A model generated the notes under the pieces. The model searched no databases. It was not told the origin of the DNA and worked only from the letters and a program-made list of their open reading frames with translations. From assembly GCA_019058015.1 (NCBI GenBank), contig JAHLWH010000197.1, forward strand, positions 1 to 26,420: a DNA stretch of 26,420 nt, in the 5' to 3' direction. The DNA is from Promethearchaeota archaeon. GTDB taxonomy: Archaea; Asgardarchaeota; Lokiarchaeia; Sigyniarchaeales; SOKP01. A program made the position numbers and the translations under genes. Of this stretch, positions 1 through 7,259 are shown one piece after another. Each line of letters starts with the position of its first letter. Within the stretch, counting starts at the first letter, position 1.

Positions 1-513
1 CACTTTAAGGATCTCCAAGTTCGGATCAAGAATTAGGGCTTCTAATTCTTCTCTATTGAAAAAATCTAAGTATCGCGTTTTAACTAAATAGGAAATTACT
101 GAAGGATGACCACTTCCTATTCGTTTAGCGATTTCTTCTTTAAAAACTTTTTTTGCAATATGATCCCCTTCTTGAACTAATTTTTTTAGTAAAGGAAAAG
201 CCATATTTCTATGTAATAAACGTGAATCATAATTATTTTCAGCCCAAGCTTGTAGATTGGAACAATGACCCCAAAATTCGGTTTCAGCCGGAATTTTAAC
301 TTTTATTTGATCAAATACTTCAAATGGATTATTCAATTTCTCTGCTGCTTCATCGATGGATTTAATCTCATCAAATGATTGGATCTCGTGAATTGGAATA
401 TTAAACAAAAGATATTTACATTGATTAAATTTTACTCCTTTGACATAAATGATAGACCTATTATTTTCCAATTTAAGAGTGATATATTCATTAATCTTGA
501 ACTCTAACGTTAT
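1..513 (-). CDS. Lokiarchaeia-expanded N-terminal-domain protein (often followed by leucine-rich repeats), partial, runs off the left edge
   Basis: Missing from the ORF track. Manual translation gives an open frame from 522 to 1: (I)TLEFKINEYITLKLENNRSIIYVKGVKFNQCKYLLFNIP...ETEFWGHCSNLQAWAENNYDSRLLHRNMAFPLLKKLVQEGDHIAKKVFKEEIAKRIGSGHPSVISYLVKTRYLDFF. An in-frame TGA lies at 525-523 and no ATG/GTG/TTG precedes the EFKINEY block. The start is placed tentatively at ATA 513, behind GGGTGA. Confidence 0.8.
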   Translation of the reverse strand, partial: MTLEFKINEYITLKLENNRSIIYVKGVKFNQCKYLLFNIPIHEIQSFDEIKSIDEAAEKLNNPFEVFDQIKVKIPAETEFWGHCSNLQAWAENNYDSRLLHRNMAFPLLKKLVQEGDHIAKKVFKEEIAKRIGSGHPSVISYLVKTRYLDFFNREELEALILDPNLEILKV

Positions 514-615
514 TTTTACTTTTCACCCTTCTTTTTTTAGAAGTTTATTCAATAAATTTTTGAAATATTTTTTTAGATCTATAGTAGTCATTTAATATAT
601 ATGTTTCATTATCAT

Positions 616-684
616 GGAAGTCCAGTATTCTCTCAGGAAGTTGTCTCATTTTATGGAAGTTGATTAGATATATTTCCCACTTCC
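616..684. repeat. Spaced GGAAGT motif cluster in the divergent intergenic region (3 direct copies, 1 inverted)
   Basis: GGAAGT at 616-621, 636-641 and 655-660, and ACTTCC at 679-684, in otherwise very AT-rich DNA. Confidence 0.45.
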
Positions 685-890
685 TTATTAGGTTAAAATT
701 AATAAATATTGATTAAATCCGATGTTTTTTAATATAATACTATTAAAATTCTGTTTAAGATGAAAATATTAAAATAACATCTTATACAAATAAGCTATTA
801 TTTGAATTAATATAGCCAGTTCCAAGGCTAGAATTTAATAAAAATTTGCAATTTTTTTAATAAATTTCTCAAAATAGAGAAAAACAAATA

Positions 891-1682
891 ATGAAACGCG
901 ACCAAGAACTCATTGAACGACTTCAAAGGCATAACATTAAGGGAGTTATATTTGATTTTGATGGAGTGCTCCTTGACGTTAGAGAACCTCTAAATGAAGC
1001 AGTTGATAAGGTTTTCAATAAGCGCTCTATTAATGTAAACATGGATGTTGCATTACAACAAATCGGTGCAGTTTTAGAATCAGTTCAAGGATATCCAATG
1101 TCCCAAATAATACTCCAATCTTACCAAATGTTCAAATACGTTACCGTGCTTGAAAATTACCGGTTATTTAAAAAATTAAGGATTGCAATAGAAATTTTTG
1201 CTAAATATCAAGAATATTCAAAAGAAGCAAAATTCCATTTAGGCTCAAAATTACTATTAGAAACTCTCTCAAAACATTGTGATTTATTCATTATTTCACA
1301 TAATATTACAGAAAGTATCTTACGCCATTTAAAGCGGGAAGAACTTGAAGGTTTCTTTTTAGATATTTACGGTCAAGATAAGCTCCCAGCACTAAAACCA
1401 GACCCTGCAAGTGTTGAACCTCCCCTGAATCATTACAAGTCCTACAACAAAGAGGATTTTATTATTATTGGAGATATGCCTTCAGATATTGAAGCAGGTA
1501 AAAAAGCAGGTTTCTGGACAATAGGAGTATCGAGTGGTCTTTGTACAAGGGAACTTTTAGCTGATTACGAGCCAGATTTACTATTAGAATCAATAGCTGA
1601 TATCCTTTCTTTACTTGGAGTCGATAATGGTCGCATTACTAAATCTCAAGCTCATAAAAAGTTAAAAACAGAATCATTATGA
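891..1682 (+). CDS. HAD-superfamily phosphatase (phosphoglycolate phosphatase-like, subfamily IA)
   Basis: Motif I IFDFDGVL, motif II IISHN, motif III KPDP, motif IV IGDMPSDIEAG. Confidence 0.9.
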   Translation: MKRDQELIERLQRHNIKGVIFDFDGVLLDVREPLNEAVDKVFNKRSINVNMDVALQQIGAVLESVQGYPMSQIILQSYQMFKYVTVLENYRLFKKLRIAIEIFAKYQEYSKEAKFHLGSKLLLETLSKHCDLFIISHNITESILRHLKREELEGFFLDIYGQDKLPALKPDPASVEPPLNHYKSYNKEDFIIIGDMPSDIEAGKKAGFWTIGVSSGLCTRELLADYEPDLLLESIADILSLLGVDNGRITKSQAHKKLKTESL

Positions 1683-1693
1683 GGTAATAAAAA

Positions 1694-3373
1694 ATGGAAA
1701 TGGAAGAAATCGATCTCGAAAGTTTGTCTATACAAACAACTAAAACAGAAGAATTTAAAGAGGAGAAGAAACATGTTTCCGGTGCTTCAAAACAATTTCA
1801 AGAAATACTGAATTTTATCTTAAAATACAATCCGATTGATCCTCTAAACAGACTTGTTAGGAAATTTTTCGGCACATTTGACCTACTAGATAAAACGGAT
1901 AGACTGTTTTATTGGGGCGCATTTCCAATAATTCGGAATATTGCTCGAATATATTGGGATCTGCGAGTTGAAGGTGAAATGTTTCCAGATTATGGAGGTG
2001 GAATAGTTGCATCAAACCATGTTTCACATTTGGATCCTTTCTTTGTTAGTTCATCCATCCAAAGACGAACTCGTTGGATGAGTAAAATTGAGAATTTTGA
2101 AACACCATTAGTTACCACACTCTTTACAAATCTTGGGGCTTTCCCATTACATCGTGGGGAAAAAGATATAAAAGCTTATAACACAGCAAAAAAAATTATT
2201 CTAGATGGGGAATATTTAGGTATGTTTCCAGAAGGAACTCGTTCATATGATGGTATTCTCAAAGAAGAATTTCATACAGGTACAGTTCGATTAGCGGTAG
2301 AAACAGGTTGTCCAATTGTTCCAGCTTGTGTATTAGGGACTTCTGGTGCTTTGGCTAAGGGTAAATTATTAATGAAACCTACACGAGTGCTTGTTCGCAT
2401 TGGAAAACCAATTTATTACACTGATTATTATGGAAAAGAACTCAGCTATCCAGATGCTAGGAAATTATCGGATGAACTTAGAGAAAAAATCAAAAATTTA
2501 ATTGAAATGGGGTATAGCAAGGGATCAAAGAAAGATCCTGAGCTCTCGCTTTCTATAGATTCTCCATCAGATATGGAAAGATTACAAAAATATGATGCAT
2601 TAAATAGTCTGTTAAAACCCAAATCTACTGGTAAAAAAATTCTAAAATTAATCGATGATACATGGTATGGATTTTTGAGAGCTTTAGAAGTGTTTGATTT
2701 ACGAACACACTTTCAAGAAGCAATACAAATGTTTTCTGGAAATCTCGTGCATCAGTTGTGCAATACTTTAATTCCATATAAAACCATCGACTTCGACAAG
2801 TATATTCCAAAAGAAGGAGGCGCCGTGATCGCTCCAAGCCATAATTCTGAATGGGATGTGATCATTATTGCTTCAGCGATTACAATAAAACCAAAACGAA
2901 TATTATATCAAATGTCTAAACAATCACTCTTTAGAGTTCCGATTGTAAATGCATGGGTTAGGAATCATCATGCTTTCCCTCTCAAACGAGGTGAGCATGA
3001 TGTAGAGTGTTTTCTTCATGCTAGAGAACTGTTAGAAGCGGAACATCTTGTATGCACATATCCGGAGGGAACCACAAATCCTGGTAATGGCCAACTTTTA
3101 GAAGGTCATACAGGATGTGTTCGATTAGCAATAGACGCAAAAGTTCCAATCATTCCAGTTGGAATTACTGGTACTGAGAATATATACCCTAAACACGCAA
3201 AGATGCTCAATTTCGGAAAAGCGTGTGTATTGAAAGCAGGAGAACCATTTATGGAACACGCAAAATACTGGGATGCACAAGAAATGCCATCATTTGAAGT
3301 GTTAAAAGATTTAACAAGTAAATTGATGGCTCGAATTAAGGATTTACAAGTTTACAACTCACCAGGTCTGTAA
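1694..3373 (+). CDS. plsC: Tandem two-domain lysophospholipid / 1-acyl-glycerol-3-phosphate acyltransferase (PlsC family)
   Basis: Domain 1: SNHVSHLD (HX4D), GAFPLHRG, FPEGTRS, PIVP, GKPI. Domain 2: PSHNSEWD (HX4D), HAFPLKRG, YPEGTT, PIIPVGI, GEPF. SD GAGGT at 1681-1685. Confidence 0.9.
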   Translation: MEMEEIDLESLSIQTTKTEEFKEEKKHVSGASKQFQEILNFILKYNPIDPLNRLVRKFFGTFDLLDKTDRLFYWGAFPIIRNIARIYWDLRVEGEMFPDYGGGIVASNHVSHLDPFFVSSSIQRRTRWMSKIENFETPLVTTLFTNLGAFPLHRGEKDIKAYNTAKKIILDGEYLGMFPEGTRSYDGILKEEFHTGTVRLAVETGCPIVPACVLGTSGALAKGKLLMKPTRVLVRIGKPIYYTDYYGKELSYPDARKLSDELREKIKNLIEMGYSKGSKKDPELSLSIDSPSDMERLQKYDALNSLLKPKSTGKKILKLIDDTWYGFLRALEVFDLRTHFQEAIQMFSGNLVHQLCNTLIPYKTIDFDKYIPKEGGAVIAPSHNSEWDVIIIASAITIKPKRILYQMSKQSLFRVPIVNAWVRNHHAFPLKRGEHDVECFLHARELLEAEHLVCTYPEGTTNPGNGQLLEGHTGCVRLAIDAKVPIIPVGITGTENIYPKHAKMLNFGKACVLKAGEPFMEHAKYWDAQEMPSFEVLKDLTSKLMARIKDLQVYNSPGL

Positions 3374-3396
3374 TTGTTTCGAGGTTTTCAGCCAGA

Positions 3397-4515
3397 ATGC
3401 AGTCGAAGAAAACGACAAACCAACGAGAACTAAAACATTTAAAAGATGCATTGAAATCTTATCGATATGACAAGAAATCGAAAATTAAAGTGGGCATTCC
3501 CCGAGCTCTTCATTTTTATAGGTTTTTTCCTTTTTGGAAAAAATTATTGGAAGAGTTAGGTTGCGAACTCATACTTAGCCCTCACACTAACAAGCAAATA
3601 GTGGAAGAAGGGGCATTTCAAGGATTTGGGGAACTTTGCTTGCCTGTAAAAGTATATTATGGGCATATGTTATATTTAATTAGAGAGCCTCCCGAATTGG
3701 ATTATGTTTTTGTCCCACGATACGTATCCGAGCGAGTAGAGGGATATTTCTGTCCTAAGTTTTTATCACTCCCTGATGTTATAAGAACCTTGCCAAATAT
3801 CCCCAAAATTTTAACCTTTACTATTAATGTAAAAGAAAATCCAATCTCAAATTCTATCATTTCACTTGCAAAAATACTTGGAAAAGGACAACGTGAAGCT
3901 TTACAGGCATATGAAAAAGCTAAAAAATATCATAAACAATATCAAGACTTCTTAAGAAAAGGGACTCCCGTTGGATATGCATTAAAACTAGTAGAAAAAG
4001 ACAAACCATTTAAAATGCTTAAAAAGAAAACCCCTAAAAATATTAAATTCCTCCTACTTGGGCATGGATATAATATTTTTGATACATTCGTGAATTTAGA
4101 CTTCCAGAAAAAACTAACTAGACATGGAGTAGATGTGCTAACTATTGAAAATTTACCAGAAATTCTATTCAAGGAGCCAGTAATTATTAATAAGCAATTT
4201 AGACCATATTGGCTTCATGAGGACGAGATTTTAGCCGCAATTAGATATTTTCTAGTCCAAGGACGTAAAGAGATCGACGGAGTTATATTTCTAATCAGCT
4301 TTGCATGTGGCCCCGACAGCTTGATAGCTGAGTTAATTATGAGGGATATGAAGGTAATCAGGCTTCCTTTCTTGCAGATAATAATGGATGAACATACAGG
4401 TGAAGCTGGACTGCTTACAAGAATCGAAAGTTTCGTGGAAATGATTAAACGGAAAAAAAGAAAACTAGATGCAATGAAAGAAAAGCAAGATTTAAAAATC
4501 TTTGAAGAAGCATAG
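3397..4515 (+). CDS. Acyl-CoA dehydratase activase-related Fe-S subunit (DUF2229/COG3580-like; resembles the C-terminal reductase part of PlsA)
   Basis: KVGIPRALHFY..FPFWKKLLEELG.ELILSP.TNK, ELCLPVKVYYGH, FCPKF, LLGHGYN, SFACGPDS, DEHTGEAGLLTRIESF. SD GAGGT at 3381-3385. Confidence 0.85.
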   Translation: MQSKKTTNQRELKHLKDALKSYRYDKKSKIKVGIPRALHFYRFFPFWKKLLEELGCELILSPHTNKQIVEEGAFQGFGELCLPVKVYYGHMLYLIREPPELDYVFVPRYVSERVEGYFCPKFLSLPDVIRTLPNIPKILTFTINVKENPISNSIISLAKILGKGQREALQAYEKAKKYHKQYQDFLRKGTPVGYALKLVEKDKPFKMLKKKTPKNIKFLLLGHGYNIFDTFVNLDFQKKLTRHGVDVLTIENLPEILFKEPVIINKQFRPYWLHEDEILAAIRYFLVQGRKEIDGVIFLISFACGPDSLIAELIMRDMKVIRLPFLQIIMDEHTGEAGLLTRIESFVEMIKRKKRKLDAMKEKQDLKIFEEA

Positions 4516-4774
4516 AAAAAAACGAAGGGAAATAAATTTATAAGCAACAAATTTATGGCATTTTAAATTTAAAGCACCGATTTCTAAGAATTCTAAAATT
4601 ATGAAATAATTCATAATTTTTTTATATGATCTTACCTATTTGTATAGAAAGTTATTTGAGAAAATACGTTTGCATTTAAATATTAAAAAACTCGAGAAAA
4701 TTAAGTCTAATAGATATAAACCTTAGAGCTACGGAATCAAAGTATAAAAATAGAAGAGGAGCAATAAGAATTTA

Positions 4775-5965
4775 ATGATAGTATCATTTCCAAATATGGG
4801 GTATAGTTGGCCTGCTTTCAAGACTCTCATTGAGTGTATGGGTGTAAAAGTTGTATTGCCTGACCCCACAAATCGTGAAGCTGTGAAAATCGGAGTCAAA
4901 TACTCTCCTGAATTTGTCTGCTTTCCCTTTAAGCCAACACTTGGAGATTTTGTGAGTGCAATTAAAAAGGGAGCGGATACTTTAGTTATGGCTGTAGATT
5001 GTGGCCCCTGTAGATTTGGATTTTACCATGCTGTTCAAGAACGAATTTTACATGACATGGGATATAAAGATGTTCGTGTGATACCTCTTGACCAAGCAGA
5101 CTTATTAGAATTTAAATGGGTAAAAACTCTATTTGAAGTAACTCCAACAAAAAATTTATTTCTATATACAAAAGCTGTTAAAGCAGTTCAATATTTTATA
5201 AAAAAAACAAAATATATTGAAGATATATCGACTGCAGAGGGATTAATCCGATGCTATGAACGAAATAAGGGGGATACAACTCGAGTTGTAAAGAAATTGC
5301 TAATAAAGCTTGATGAGACCAATAAAATAAATGAATTGCGCAAATTCAAATCTGTTATCACAAATGAGTTTAAAAAAATTGATATAGACCGAAGTCGCAA
5401 CCCTTTAAAAGTAGCACTATCAGGAGAGATCCATATCACATTAGAGCCTTATGATAATCTTGATATTCGTCGAAAATTGGGTGAAATGGGAGTTCAATTA
5501 TATCAAAATCTAAGTGTTTACGATTGGGTTATTCATAAATTTCATTTAAATTTTCATAGAAAATGGTTGGAATATTTAGCTCGTCCTTATATGCCAATGG
5601 ATATCGGTGGGGAGGCTATATGGGTTATTGGCGAATATATTGATAGAGCAAGGTCTGGCTTCGATGGTTTCATCCATGCATATCCTTTCACTTGTATGCC
5701 TGAAATCTCAGCTAGAACAATATTGACAAATGTTCTTTATAAAAAATATGATTTACCAATAATTTTCTTCTCATTTGATGAACATGCTGCTGAAAGTGGC
5801 TTCAGAACACGTTTAGAAGCATTTGTAGATTTAATTCAAGGAAGACGAGAGAAAAAGAAACATGAGAAGGAGACTAAATTAGAAAAGAAATTAAAGGAGC
5901 CCTCATATGAGATTCATGGGGGTAGCTTATATAATTCTGTAGTTCAATTTATTCAAGCTGGATAG
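4775..5965 (+). CDS. 2-hydroxyacyl-CoA dehydratase-like Fe-S subunit (COG3581 'CoA protein activase' / PlsR-like)
   Basis: SFPNMG, GVKYSPEFVCFPFK, CGPCRFGFY, KVALSGEI, IGGEA, PFTCMPE, FDEHAAESGFRTRLEAFVD. SD GAGGAG at 4756-4761. Confidence 0.85.
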   Translation: MIVSFPNMGYSWPAFKTLIECMGVKVVLPDPTNREAVKIGVKYSPEFVCFPFKPTLGDFVSAIKKGADTLVMAVDCGPCRFGFYHAVQERILHDMGYKDVRVIPLDQADLLEFKWVKTLFEVTPTKNLFLYTKAVKAVQYFIKKTKYIEDISTAEGLIRCYERNKGDTTRVVKKLLIKLDETNKINELRKFKSVITNEFKKIDIDRSRNPLKVALSGEIHITLEPYDNLDIRRKLGEMGVQLYQNLSVYDWVIHKFHLNFHRKWLEYLARPYMPMDIGGEAIWVIGEYIDRARSGFDGFIHAYPFTCMPEISARTILTNVLYKKYDLPIIFFSFDEHAAESGFRTRLEAFVDLIQGRREKKKHEKETKLEKKLKEPSYEIHGGSLYNSVVQFIQAG

Positions 5966-5978
5966 GTGTTTATAAAAT

Positions 5979-7007
5979 ATGGTTCAAGTTAACGAAAAAA
6001 TACACGTGCCAAAAGATGGAAAACGCAATAGCTATCTAGGTATAGATGTCGGGTCAGTTACCCTCAAATTTGTATTAATGGATAATGATCAAAGGGTTTT
6101 ATCTCAAGTTTTTTTGCGAAATCAAGGCAGTCCAATAGATTCCGTCAAACTTGGAATGGCAGAAATGAGAAGTCAAATTGAGAAAAATCCAGAGCTGCAG
6201 GAATATGCAATAAGAGCATGTGGTACTACTGGATCTGCAAGATATTTAACTAAGGCGGTGGTTGGAGGAGATCTTGCTAAAACAGAAATAATCGCACATG
6301 CTGTGGCAACTCAGTCGTTGTATCCAGATGTAAGAACCATTTTGGAAATTGGGGGCCAGGACTCAAAGATAATTATTCTCAGGGATGGAATCATTGTAGA
6401 CTTCGCTATGAATAGTGTATGTGCAGCTGGAACTGGTAGTTTTCTCGATCACCAAGCAACACGTCTTAATATTCCAATTGAGGATTTTGGCGATTATGCT
6501 GTGAAATCTAAAAATCCTGCTTCAATTGCTGGTCGATGCACGGTGTTTGCAGAATCAGACATGATTCACAAGCAAAATGCTGGATATTCAAAGGAGGATA
6601 TTATTGCTGGGTTATGCGACTCTTTAGTAAGGAATTATTTAAATAATTTGTCAAAAGGAAAAGATTTAGAAGAGCCTATTGTATTTCAAGGAGGAGTTTC
6701 ATTTAATAAGGGGATTATTCAAGCTTTTAAAAAACATTTAGACCGTAAAATAACTGTTCCTAAAAATGGTCTTAATGTACTCATGGGCGCGCTTGGAATG
6801 GCAATTCTTTCACGAGAATATTATATAAATAATGAAATTGATACAGTATTTAGAGGGCTTAGAATGACTGATATTGATTTTAGGACGAGAACGTTCAATT
6901 GTGGGGATTGCCCTAATAATTGCTCTATAGTAGAATGCTCCATCGTTGAGAATAATGAAGTTATTGCCAGATGGGGGTCAAGGTGCGGCAAATGGGAGGT
7001 GTTTTAG
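5979..7007 (+). CDS. ATP-dependent [4Fe-4S] dehydratase activase (BcrAD/BadFG/HgdC ASKHA family) with a C-terminal CxxCxxxC...RC extension
   Basis: LGIDVGSVTLK, GTTGSAR, EIIAH, EIGGQDSK, MNSVCAAGTGSFL, IAGRCTVFAESD, FQGGV. C-terminus FNCGDCPNNC...WGSRCGKW. SD AGGTG at 5964-5968. Confidence 0.92.
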   Translation: MVQVNEKIHVPKDGKRNSYLGIDVGSVTLKFVLMDNDQRVLSQVFLRNQGSPIDSVKLGMAEMRSQIEKNPELQEYAIRACGTTGSARYLTKAVVGGDLAKTEIIAHAVATQSLYPDVRTILEIGGQDSKIIILRDGIIVDFAMNSVCAAGTGSFLDHQATRLNIPIEDFGDYAVKSKNPASIAGRCTVFAESDMIHKQNAGYSKEDIIAGLCDSLVRNYLNNLSKGKDLEEPIVFQGGVSFNKGIIQAFKKHLDRKITVPKNGLNVLMGALGMAILSREYYINNEIDTVFRGLRMTDIDFRTRTFNCGDCPNNCSIVECSIVENNEVIARWGSRCGKWEVF

Positions 7008-7009
7008 AG

Positions 7010-7204
7010 ATGTCCAAGTTTATTGAGCAATTATTTAACATGGGAAAGGAATATTTAGACACTTTAAAGCATAAGACAAAATTATCGACCATATTTGATT
7101 ATTTTACGGAAACGGTGATACCGAATTTTGTATCCGAGAAAGATTTAAAATCATTTTATGAAAAACGTATGAACGAATTAAATGAACTTATATACAAACT
7201 TTAA
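7010..7204 (+). CDS. Small (64 aa) hypothetical helical protein within the lipid cluster
   Basis: ATG at 7010, 2 nt after the activase stop, preceded by a strong SD GGAGGTG at 6995-7001. Translation MSKFIEQLFNMGKEYLDTLKHKTKLSTIFDYFTETVIPNFVSEKDLKSFYEKRMNELNELIYKL. Confidence 0.65.
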   Translation: MSKFIEQLFNMGKEYLDTLKHKTKLSTIFDYFTETVIPNFVSEKDLKSFYEKRMNELNELIYKL

Positions 7205-7259
7205 AGGATGAAAAAAGGCTTTTAGATTAGAAAAAAATTATAAAAAGAGGTAAAGAAAT

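Noticed and set aside
3397-7007. Classical HgdABC amino-acid-fermentation dehydratase or benzoyl-CoA reductase
   Set aside because: The subunit motifs fit the DUF2229/COG3581 type. No CoA-transferase or hydroxyacid dehydrogenase is nearby, and the flanking genes are acyltransferases. This is disfavoured but not formally excluded.
6971-7009. ORF-track start at 6971 for the small protein
   Set aside because: It overlaps the conserved activase C-terminus, and the SD at 6995-7001 fits ATG 7010.
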